Shown here piece after piece: positions 1 to 7,644 of a stretch of DNA of 64,000 nucleotides. The translations under genes and the position numbers were made by a program. How positions within the stretch are numbered: position 1 is the stretch's first letter; the number at the start of each line of letters is the position of its first letter. Origin of the DNA: Candidatus Latescibacterota bacterium (GTDB taxonomy: Bacteria > Latescibacterota > UBA2968 > GCA-2709665). The notes under the pieces are model-generated. The model searched no databases and had not been told where the DNA came from. It worked only from the letters and a program-made list of their open reading frames with translations. The stretch spans positions 2,816,001 through 2,880,000 of the forward strand of contig OZ244937.1 in NCBI GenBank assembly GCA_965222075.1. The letters run 5' to 3'.

Positions 1-2
1 TC

Positions 3-215
3 GATCCCTTCAACGGCGGTCAGGTGCTGACCAAAAATGCGTGTGCAGAGATCCTGGCGCGTTTCCAGGTCCACTCTGAAGAGGTCCCCCTTCCGGAGGC
101 TACCAACCGGAGAATTCTGGTCCGGATGATGCACAACCTGGTCAATTCCTATACCGTTCTGAGCGACCAAAAGCGGGCGGAAGCCCTCTTCAAATTTGTC
201 CAGATCCTCCAGTAG
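3..215 (+). CDS. C-terminal part of a SirB1/transglutaminase-like TPR protein (5'-truncated by window)
   Basis: Frame reads DPFNGGQVLT...ILVRMMHNL, typical of the SirB1 family. Confidence 0.6.
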   Translation, partial: DPFNGGQVLTKNACAEILARFQVHSEEVPLPEATNRRILVRMMHNLVNSYTVLSDQKRAEALFKFVQILQ

Positions 216-226
216 TCACCGCGCAC

Positions 227-250
227 GGGCGCACGGCCGTGCGCCCCTAA
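227..250 (-). repeat. REP-like palindrome (GTAG-family variant)
   Basis: GGGCGCACGGCCGTGCGCCC perfect palindrome followed by CTAA; intergenic. Confidence 0.6.
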
Positions 251-310
251 ACATCCATTTGCTTCTCCTGCCGAATTTTCTTATTATTCATCAACGCCAC
301 GAACGCTGCC

Positions 311-784
311 ATGTCCAACAGCATCAAAATCATTGTCCAGAACCGCAAGGCCCGCCGCGACTACAAAGTCCTGGACACCTACGAAGCCGGCCTTGAACTG
401 CGGGGCACCGAGGTCAAATCCCTGCGTCAGGGCAGGGGCAACCTCAAAAACAGCTATGCCCGGATAGAAGCGAACGAAGCCTTTTTGCACAATCTTCACA
501 TCAGCGAATACGCCCAGGGCAACCGGTTCAACCACGACCCCGTCCGAAAACGCAAGCTCCTGCTTCATCGGCACGAAATCAACCGCTTGAGAGGGCGCGT
601 GGAGGAAAAAGGCCTCACCCTGATCCCCCTCAAGCTCTACTTCAAACGGGGCAAGGCCAAGGTCGAACTCGCCCTGGCAAAGGGCAAGCGGGAATACGAC
701 CGGCGGCACGACATTGCAGAGCGCGATGCCAAACGAGAAATCGAAAGGGCCTTTAAGGAGAGAACGCTCACCCACCGGAGGTAA
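311..784 (+). CDS. smpB: SsrA-binding protein
   Basis: [44 protein letters not shown] motifs. Confidence 0.98.
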   Translation: MSNSIKIIVQNRKARRDYKVLDTYEAGLELRGTEVKSLRQGRGNLKNSYARIEANEAFLHNLHISEYAQGNRFNHDPVRKRKLLLHRHEINRLRGRVEEKGLTLIPLKLYFKRGKAKVELALAKGKREYDRRHDIAERDAKREIERAFKERTLTHRR

Positions 785-2047
785 ATGACAGAACGAGATC
801 GGTGCACGCAGCGCAAAGATTTCCCCTTCTGCCTGTTCTGCGCCTGCCTGGTGCTCCTCTTGTTCTCCCCTTTCACATATGCCCAGACGCCCGGGACCGA
901 CGCCATCTCCCAAGTTCGGCTCCACACGGTCCAACTTGGAGGTGTTCCCTATCTCTCGCTGGGGGGCCTGGCGGAGACCCTGGGGGGACGGCTTCGTTCC
1001 CACCGGCTCAAGCAAAAAGTCGAACTGAAACTGGGCGGACACACCGTTGTCCTCACCTGGCTCTCGGCCCTCGTTGTCATAGACGATGTGGCCTGCCGGA
1101 TGCCCCTGGAAACCCGGCTCTACAGCGGCGGCGTCCACGTACCGGCGGATGCCTTCCTGACGCTTCTCCAGCGAATCATCCCCAAAGGGCGCATCCGGGT
1201 GGTACGGGAATCCCCCACGGCTGGCGCCGCGCCCCCTCCCTCCCCCGGCCGCCAGACAGAATCCGACGGGCGTGTGCCGAAGGTCGATCCGAAACGCTGG
1301 ACCCTCGACACCGTAATCGTTGATCCCGGCCACGGCGGCAAAGACCCGGGCGCCACAGGTCCGGGTGGAACGGCAGAAAAAAAGATCGCCCTGCGGGTCG
1401 CCAAACGCCTCAAAACCCTCCTGGAAAAGCGGCTTCGCGTCCGTGCCGTCCTCACCCGGGATGACGACACCTTTGTCCCGCTCCGGAAACGGGCTCAAAT
1501 GGCCAGAAAAAGCGGGGGGAAACTCTTTCTCAGCCTCCACTGCAACGCCAGCGAAAACCGGCGTTCCCGGGGCATGGAAGTCTACTTCCTCTCCGAGGCC
1601 AAAACCCTCGAAGCCGCCGAAGTGGCCAGGCGGGAAAACGAGGCTATCGCGTTCGAGAAAAACGGCGCTGATTCAGACCTGCCTGCAGCGCAGAGCACTG
1701 CGCAGGCAGGTGGACTCGATCCAGGACTTGGCGGCATCACCTCCGGTCTCCTCTCCACGCAATTTTTGAAAGAAAGCCAGAATCTGGCCGCCTCGATACG
1801 CACCGAAATTGCTCAGACCCTGGTCGGCGTGGAAGACCGGGGGGTGAAACAGGCCAACTTCTATGTGATGCGATACACCATGGGCGATATGCCCTCTGCC
1901 CTGGTCGAAATGGGCTTTCTTTCCAACCCCACAGAGGAAAAACGGCTGCGCAGCACCGCCTTTCAGAAAGCGATGGCTGAAGCCATCTACCGCGGCCTCA
2001 AAACCTTTAAACGCCGCTATGAACAACAACTCTCAACAGCCAGGTAG
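785..2047 (+). CDS. N-acetylmuramoyl-L-alanine amidase (Amidase_3) with signal peptide; contains an 11-aa hairpin insertion
   Basis: VIVDPGHGGKDPGA, LTRDDD, FLSLHCNA, ALVEMGFLSN Zn-binding motifs. Confidence 0.93.
   Translation: MTERDRCTQRKDFPFCLFCACLVLLLFSPFTYAQTPGTDAISQVRLHTVQLGGVPYLSLGGLAETLGGRLRSHRLKQKVELKLGGHTVVLTWLSALVVIDDVACRMPLETRLYSGGVHVPADAFLTLLQRIIPKGRIRVVRESPTAGAAPPPSPGRQTESDGRVPKVDPKRWTLDTVIVDPGHGGKDPGATGPGGTAEKKIALRVAKRLKTLLEKRLRVRAVLTRDDDTFVPLRKRAQMARKSGGKLFLSLHCNASENRRSRGMEVYFLSEAKTLEAAEVARRENEAIAFEKNGADSDLPAAQSTAQAGGLDPGLGGITSGLLSTQFLKESQNLAASIRTEIAQTLVGVEDRGVKQANFYVMRYTMGDMPSALVEMGFLSNPTEEKRLRSTAFQKAMAEAIYRGLKTFKRRYEQQLSTAR
1678..1710 (+). mobile_element. Hairpin micro-insertion copy 1 (33 bp), in-frame in the amidase
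   Basis: CCTGCCT GCAGCGC AGA GCACTGC GC AGGCAGG; near-identical to 6639 and 15015 copies. Confidence 0.85.
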
Positions 2048-2918
2048 ATCCTCTCCTTCCCGGATTGATCTCCATCCCCGCGATCCCGGCTACTACTACG
2101 ATCCCCATGTCGAAGCTGGACTACACGGAAAAATTAAGCTTTCACCTCGTGTTGAACACCACTGCAAATGTGGCGGGAAACCGCCTTATCAGATTTTCGA
2201 AAGTCCCGACGTCGAACCGGTCTGGTGCCCCTGCCGGTCCTATCAGATGAAGATCCGGCAGATCAATCGCTTCATTGTCGAATCGGGTATTCCGGCGCCG
2301 TTCCGATACAAATTCATAGACGACTTTCACGAAAGCTACGATGGGAAGCCGATCCCCGGGGCAGATCAACTTAAACAGCATCTCAGGACCTTGATAGAAA
2401 AAGCCCGTAGCCGGGAAGCATCATCCCAATCCAATGCTTCTACGGATTCGGTTCCGCCCCTCAGAGGATATTTTTTATGGAGTAAACCCGGCGCCGGTAA
2501 AACCTATTTCTCTTATATAGCCCTTAACGAACTGATCTTCTATTCCGTCCGACCCGGAAAGTTCATCAGCCTTTCCAAGGAATTCTTCCAGACGCTCAGA
2601 TTCGCTTTCGAAGAAAAAAGTCCTTTGCACGGTCAGTCGGAGACATTTATAAAAATCCTTAGCAACGCCCCCTTCCTGGTTATCGACGACTTCGGCGTAC
2701 AGCGCAACACGGAGTGGGAACTCGAGATGCTCTACAACCTGGTGGATACGCGCTACGCCAACCGGCGTTTTACGATTATTACAACCAACCAGAATATCGA
2801 AAGCATCAAGGATCTTGCAGACGGCAGGCTTTACTCCCGATTCCTGGAAATGTGCTACACCATCCACGTCCAGGCCCCGGACTACCGGGAACACTTTAAA
2901 AAAAAATACGAAATCTGA
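2019..2918 (+). CDS. DnaC/IstB-like AAA+ ATPase with N-terminal Cys cluster
   Basis: CKC...CPC, Walker A KPGAGKT, Walker B LVIDDFG, LVDTRY, TIITTN. Confidence 0.85.
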   Translation: MNNNSQQPGRSSPSRIDLHPRDPGYYYDPHVEAGLHGKIKLSPRVEHHCKCGGKPPYQIFESPDVEPVWCPCRSYQMKIRQINRFIVESGIPAPFRYKFIDDFHESYDGKPIPGADQLKQHLRTLIEKARSREASSQSNASTDSVPPLRGYFLWSKPGAGKTYFSYIALNELIFYSVRPGKFISLSKEFFQTLRFAFEEKSPLHGQSETFIKILSNAPFLVIDDFGVQRNTEWELEMLYNLVDTRYANRRFTIITTNQNIESIKDLADGRLYSRFLEMCYTIHVQAPDYREHFKKKYEI

Positions 2919-2930
2919 TAAACCATAGAA

Positions 2931-2987
2931 AGGGCAGAGGGCAAAGGTAAAACCCGTTCGTCTCGCTTTTTCTGCCCTTTGCCCTCT
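2931..2987. repeat. Inverted heptamer-repeat hairpin (AGGGCAG/CTGCCCT units)
   Basis: agggcagagggcaaagg ... ctgccctttgccctct between the ATPase and rph. Confidence 0.5.
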
Positions 2988-2998
2988 AAGGAGAACCC

Positions 2999-3715
2999 AT
3001 GACCCTGCGCCTCGACGGCCGAAGGCCGGATGAACTCCGCCCCACCAAAATCACCCGGGGCTTTATGAAACACGCCGAAGGATCGGCCCTCATCGAAATG
3101 GGGGAAACCAGGGTCATCTGCACGGCCAGCGTTGAAAACCGCGTCCCCCCCTTCCTTGTGGGCAAACGCACCGGATGGCTCACCGCCGAATACGCCATGC
3201 TCCCCCGCTCCACCCAAACGCGCAGCCAGCGGGAAACCCGGGGCACCAAAGGCCGCACCCAGGAGATTCAGCGCCTCATCGGCCGCACCCTCCGCGCCGT
3301 CGTCAACCTCGACAAACTGGGTGTACGTACCCTCTGGATCGACTGCGACGTCATCCAGGCCGATGGCGGCACCCGCACCGCCGCCATCTCCGGGGCCTAC
3401 GTCGCCGTCGCCGACGCGCTTGCCCATCTGTTCAAACGGAGACAGATCGATAAAAACCTGCTGCGTGACTCCGTGGCCGCCGTCAGCGTCGGCATCATCC
3501 ACGGCCAGCCCATGCTCGACCTCTGCTACACGGAGGATGTCTCTGCCGAAGTCGACATGAACATCGTCATGACCGGCTCCGGCAAATTCATCGAACTGCA
3601 GGGCACCGCCGAAGGCCAGCCCTTCAGCCGAACGCAGATGGACGCCATGGTCGTCCTGGCCAGAGCGGGCATCCAGCAGATCAGAGCGATTCAGGACGAT
3701 GTCCTTGAAAAATGA
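2999..3715 (+). CDS. rph: Ribonuclease PH
   Basis: [39 protein letters not shown]. Confidence 0.98.
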   Translation: MTLRLDGRRPDELRPTKITRGFMKHAEGSALIEMGETRVICTASVENRVPPFLVGKRTGWLTAEYAMLPRSTQTRSQRETRGTKGRTQEIQRLIGRTLRAVVNLDKLGVRTLWIDCDVIQADGGTRTAAISGAYVAVADALAHLFKRRQIDKNLLRDSVAAVSVGIIHGQPMLDLCYTEDVSAEVDMNIVMTGSGKFIELQGTAEGQPFSRTQMDAMVVLARAGIQQIRAIQDDVLEK

Positions 3716-4311
3716 ATCCCCTCATCATCGCCACCCGCAATCCCGGCAAACTCGAAGAGATCCGCCAGATCCTCGGCCCTGAAATCCAGCTCCGTTCCCT
3801 TGCAGACTTCGCAGACCTCCCCGGCATCGTCGAAGACGGGGACACCTTTGAGGCCAACGCGGTCAAAAAGGCCCGCGCCGTCGCTCGCCATACCGGTTGT
3901 CCTGCCCTGGCCGATGATTCCGGCCTGGAGGTGGATGCGCTCGGCGGCGCCCCCGGCGTCCACTCTGCCCGTTTTGCGGGCGAAAAAGCGACCGACGCAC
4001 AGAACAACGCCAAACTCCTCCACCTGCTCGGTGAAACCCCAAAAGAAAAACGGACCGCACGCTTCCGGTGTGTCATTGTAGTCACAACACCAGACGGCGC
4101 GGTCCGCACTGCCCAGGGCAAGTGTGAAGGACGAATCCTGAAAAGGCCCAGAGGCCGTGGGGGATTCGGTTACGATCCCCTCTTTCTGGTACCGGCCCTC
4201 AAGCTTACTTTTGCTGAACTTTCTCCTGGTGAAAAAAACCGGATCAGCCACCGGGGCCGGGCCCTCAAGGCCGCCAGGCCCCTTATTCTGGACGCCCTGG
4301 CCCTCGACTAA
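3712..4311 (+). CDS. rdgB: dITP/XTP pyrophosphatase (Ham1 family)
   Basis: ATRNPGK, ADDSGL, GVHSARF, FGYDPLF, SHRGRA; follows rph. Confidence 0.96.
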   Translation: MNPLIIATRNPGKLEEIRQILGPEIQLRSLADFADLPGIVEDGDTFEANAVKKARAVARHTGCPALADDSGLEVDALGGAPGVHSARFAGEKATDAQNNAKLLHLLGETPKEKRTARFRCVIVVTTPDGAVRTAQGKCEGRILKRPRGRGGFGYDPLFLVPALKLTFAELSPGEKNRISHRGRALKAARPLILDALALD

Positions 4312-4312
4312 T
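4289..4312 (+). repeat. Left 24-bp direct repeat (attL-like), the 3' end of rdgB
   Basis: TGGACGCCCTGGCCCTCGACTAAT identical to 20792-20815. Confidence 0.92.
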
Positions 4313-4375
4313 GGTGTGGTCTAAGAAGTCCTCGCCCACAGGTAACGCCAGGGGAACTCGACAGCAAGCGGCCCC

Positions 4376-4445
4376 CATTACTCCCCCCTTGAGGGGGAGT
4401 CGCAGAAGCCGAGCCGACAGGCGACGGCTGATGCGGTGGGGGGAT
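4376..4445 (+). repeat. MITE/REP-like element, copy A
   Basis: CATTACTCCCCCCTTGAGGGGGAGTCGCAGAAGCCGAGCCG...GATGCGGTGGGGGGAT; inverted copy at 20646-20760. Confidence 0.85.
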
Positions 4446-4484
4446 CGCAGATATGCCAGCGTAAACAAAAACGTGAAATATAGC

Positions 4485-4513
4485 GTAGGGACAGGGATTG
4501 CCTTTGCCCCTGC
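4485..4513 (+). repeat. Degenerate GTAG REP-like hairpin
   Basis: GTAGGGACAGGGATTGCCTTTGCCCCTGC. Confidence 0.4.
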
Positions 4514-4802
4514 GAGGTCACCCCCAAAGGGAGTCTCCAGCAACCTCGATACCCGTTCCCTACCTGAACATGAACAAATTCTACCTTGATAACAAAACAC
4601 CTTTTTTGTATATTTCCTTATGTCAACTATCAGGCAAACCTGCATGTCGGTAGCCTGCCGAATACAATAGCCAACGATCAATTGAAGGTATGCTGGAAGG
4701 ACAAGTCTTAAAATCTGCTCAACAATGAGGGACCAGAGGTCCAGTTAAGCGCCGTCCATATATTGGTGTTCCCCTCGGACCTGTTGAGTTAAGGAAGACG
4801 AC

Positions 4803-4988
4803 ATGCCAGCTTCTCAAGAATTTATGGACTATCACGCGGAAAGTCTTGCAGAACTCAAAGGGCTATCCCAACAGATGGACAAGCGTATTGAGTTTATGGA
4901 ACGTCTGTACATCAGTATAGATCGAAAATTGTGGGCAATTATCTTGCTTGTTATTGGTGCTATTGTTATTCCCCTCATTCGAAGTTAA
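4803..4988 (+). CDS. Small protein with coiled coil and C-terminal TM helix
   Basis: RBS AAGGA; hydrophobic tail LWAIILLVIGAIVIPLI. Confidence 0.6.
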   Translation: MPASQEFMDYHAESLAELKGLSQQMDKRIEFMERLYISIDRKLWAIILLVIGAIVIPLIRS

Positions 4989-5115
4989 AGGGGATAGGTA
5001 GCCTTCGCAAGCTCAAGAGATACTCTTCCCGACAGGCCGGAGCGCATGGCTTTGGTTATTCCCCCCAAAAAGAAAGTTCGAAAATTCCCCATAAAAGACG
5101 TAATGATGTAAAGCT

Positions 5116-5325
5116 TCAAGGGGTAAGCGTCCGGGCAACTCGAAAACCCCCATCGTTGTACCGGTAATCGGAACTGTACCTGATGCGACTCGCCGAGCGA
5201 AGGAGCCCCGGATAGCTGCACCACGAACCACCACGCAACACGCGCCTCGAGCACTCCCCGGACTCCCACGCAGACCCGTCAGCAGGTGCCCCCTCGTAAT
5301 TGCCGTTCCACACGATTGCGTCCAG
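5116..5325 (-). pseudogene. Orphan C-terminal fragment of an FGE-sulfatase (C-type lectin fold) domain
   Basis: [15 protein letters not shown]...RVLRGGSW...[10 protein letters not shown] with no intact N-terminus. Confidence 0.75.
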
Positions 5326-5356
5326 GTCGGCACAGCCTCCCTCCGAAGCACCCTCA

Positions 5357-5378
5357 CGCCCACAAGGGGCGCCCCTAC
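5357..5378 (-). repeat. Truncated GTAG REP at the junction of two gene fragments
   Basis: Minus strand GTAGGGGCGCCCCTTGTGGGCG. Confidence 0.55.
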
Positions 5379-5394
5379 CAGGATGACAATTCTG

Positions 5395-5665
5395 GCCAGC
5401 TGACGCCCGAAATCGTCCCTCCCGTCCCAATTCAGCGTGTAATACCCCGCCTCCAGGGTTGCATCGACCAGGGTCCGAACCTCCTGCCCCAGCAGGTTGT
5501 AAACCCCCAGATGGACCTGCCCCGACTCTGGCAACTGATATCCGATGGTCGTGGAAGGGTTGAACGGATTGGGCATATTCTGATCCAGACCGAAGCTGTC
5601 CGGCAGCGGCTTCAGGTTGCCAACCTCCAGGTGGTGGACCGGAAATTGCTGCCCATCGGGTGAAA
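5395..5665 (-). pseudogene. Fragment of a secreted protein: FlgD-Ig/secretion C-terminal sorting domain
   Basis: [15 protein letters not shown]...[13 protein letters not shown]...[12 protein letters not shown], truncated; ends approximate. Confidence 0.75.
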
Positions 5666-5702
5666 AAGCTTCAGGTACCGAGCCCGTACCAACGAAAATT
5701 GC

Positions 5703-5740
5703 TTGACTGGCTAAGTATTTTGTAACATATTTTGTAACAT
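5703..5740 (+). promoter_or_regulatory. Putative sigma70 promoter with a 12-bp tandem repeat
   Basis: TTGACT-17 nt-CATATT overlapping (TATTTTGTAACA)x2. Confidence 0.45.
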
Positions 5741-5803
5741 GTAAGAGGATGAAGTCCGTATCTTGTAATTGCGACGGGATGTTGTTGACTACGGAGGTCC
5801 GCC

Positions 5804-6319
5804 ATGGTCAGTGACGCTACTCGAAAGATGGCCTGGAATGAGTATCTGGATGTAGAGAGGGCGGCCAGATACTACGATGAACTTTCTCGTTATTATCGTA
5901 GGCGACACAATGCTGTCATGATAGGACTTGCGCTGTGCGCAATAGCTGGGGCTGGTCGCTTTATGTTTTCGGACTACGTAAGCAGGCTGGCTGAAGTCAT
6001 GGTAGATTTGGGCATTATAGCAGTTAGCGTGCTTGGCTTACTTGGGAATCATGCAAGAAAATCCGCCAGTCTTCATGCGGTTAGCGTGATGTGTTTTGAT
6101 TTGCAAGACAAACACAAAGCGTTGTGGTCGAAGATAGAAAACAATGCGATAGACAATAACGAAGCCTACGATATACTGATGGACCTTATTGAATCCGGCG
6201 AGAGGGCAACAAGTATTCCTGGTTGGGCAGATATTTCAGTAAATGACAAATTGAACAGCAAGAGCCAAAGAGAAGCAGATGATTCGCTGGTAGATCAATA
6301 TTCAATCAGGGAGGCATGA
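5804..6319 (+). CDS. Two-TM membrane protein, SLATT-like
   Basis: GGAGG RBS; helix (RYY...YYRRRH), two TM segments, helical tail. Confidence 0.6.
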   Translation: MVSDATRKMAWNEYLDVERAARYYDELSRYYRRRHNAVMIGLALCAIAGAGRFMFSDYVSRLAEVMVDLGIIAVSVLGLLGNHARKSASLHAVSVMCFDLQDKHKALWSKIENNAIDNNEAYDILMDLIESGERATSIPGWADISVNDKLNSKSQREADDSLVDQYSIREA

Positions 6320-6463
6320 TGGGGAAAGAGGCAGAGAAGAAAGAGCCATAAGGCCACCGCGTAATCCCGAAAGCCCCAGGCCAGCACCGCCCCCAAGGCC
6401 AGAAACAATTCCACAGTCACCACCCAGGCCACAATCACCGCCCGGACCACGAGAAAATAGATG

Positions 6464-6499
6464 ACAAAGAAGCCGAGGCGAAAACCTCGGCTTCTTTGT
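6464..6499 (+). terminator. Strong hairpin, probable intrinsic terminator
   Basis: ACAAAGAAGCCGAGG-cgaaaa-CCTCGGCTTCTTTGT, perfect 15-bp stem. Confidence 0.7.
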
Positions 6500-6631
6500 G
6501 CCTGTCGCATTCTCTATTTCAGGACGCCAGGTGGTGGATGCGGATGGGATTGGGTATGTGGTATCGGTATTCCATCGCATCGAATTGTCCCCAAACCCGG
6601 TTCGTTGCACGCGCCGACCACGTCACCCAAC

Positions 6632-6690
6632 GTAGGGGCCTGCCTGCAGCGCAGACCGCTGCGCAGGCAGGCAACCCTTGTGGTTGCCCT
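6632..6690 (+). repeat. GTAG REP interrupted by a micro-insertion
   Basis: Removing 6639-6671 gives GTAGGGGCAACCCTTGTGGTTGCCCT. Confidence 0.8.
6639..6671 (+). mobile_element. Hairpin micro-insertion copy 2 (33 bp)
   Basis: CCTGCCT GCAGCG CAGAC CGCTGC GC AGGCAGG. Confidence 0.9.
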
Positions 6691-6789
6691 GATTTCTGTA
6701 ACGGTGACCGTCGCTTCTGATCCGGTCACAGGCGATGTGGCACTCCCGGGCGTAACTACAGCGCCTTCAGTGATCGGGCTTCCCTGCTC

Positions 6790-7464
6790 TCACTCTTCCG
6801 CTTGGCCACAGGTACAGTCTTTCTCCCGATTTCTTTCCTCCAGACTGAAACCGATTTTATATCCTCCTTCTGTCCCCTTACCTGAGATACAGAGGTCCTT
6901 TGAGGCCCCATCCCCTGGTAGGTCTTCGTCTTTGAATTTGCGCGATCCTCTGAACAGGACCTTATCACCCCCGGCAAGCTTCTTCAAGAGGAAAGATTGC
7001 ACATCGTCGGCAGCGCCTCCCAAAGTTTCTGGAAGGGATAAGGGCAATGTCTCCGGGATGACGCCTTTGATCTTGCCGATGACAGCTCCAACAATTCCCC
7101 CCAGGGTATTCTTCACCTTGTCCCAAGCATCTTTCCGATCGACATCAATCACCTTGAACTGGATGGAATGAACGCTGTTTCCCTTCACGAGAAGAATCAG
7201 CCTATCCCAATCGTCGACGGCGCACATGTCAAACTGACTGTAACAGCCTTTATCCTCACTGTGACGGACATAGTTCGGCCTGTCCTTTCGACCCGTGTCG
7301 CACTCCCAGAAGGTATCCAGGCTCGGCATCACGGCGTGTTCCGTCGTGAACTGACCCTTGCTGTTGATGAACCGCAGGTCAACAACGAACCGAAAGTTGG
7401 CCTTGCCATTCGACAAGTCCTTGGGAAATAGAAACTTTGCGAGTGTGAGTTCGAAGGTTTTCAC
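6790..7464 (-). CDS. Hypothetical protein downstream of patatin (beta-rich, possibly C2-like)
   Basis: GTG start with GGAGGA RBS; alternating beta-strand patterns (FRFVVDLRF, SIQFKVIDVD). Confidence 0.6.
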   Translation of the reverse strand: MKTFELTLAKFLFPKDLSNGKANFRFVVDLRFINSKGQFTTEHAVMPSLDTFWECDTGRKDRPNYVRHSEDKGCYSQFDMCAVDDWDRLILLVKGNSVHSIQFKVIDVDRKDAWDKVKNTLGGIVGAVIGKIKGVIPETLPLSLPETLGGAADDVQSFLLKKLAGGDKVLFRGSRKFKDEDLPGDGASKDLCISGKGTEGGYKIGFSLEERNREKDCTCGQAEE

Positions 7465-7644
7465 GGGCGATTCCTCCTTGGTTGTCTTGTTTGGATCCAT
7501 AGCTCGGTAACCCCAAGACTCATGAGATCGAAATGAACTGGCCTCGTTCACCCCCCTTGCTCTTGACCATTTCCTCGCTTTCACGATGAACTGGCGTCCA
7601 TTCACGGCTTCATTTTGCGAGCAAAAATGAGGGCGTATTTTCAA

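Noticed and set aside
284-1540. Long antisense ORFs here and across the core region
   Set aside because: Shadow ORFs of GC-rich genes with no recognisable motifs.
4312-4800. tRNA or tmRNA near smpB/rdgB
   Set aside because: No cloverleaf, T-loop or CCA end recognised.
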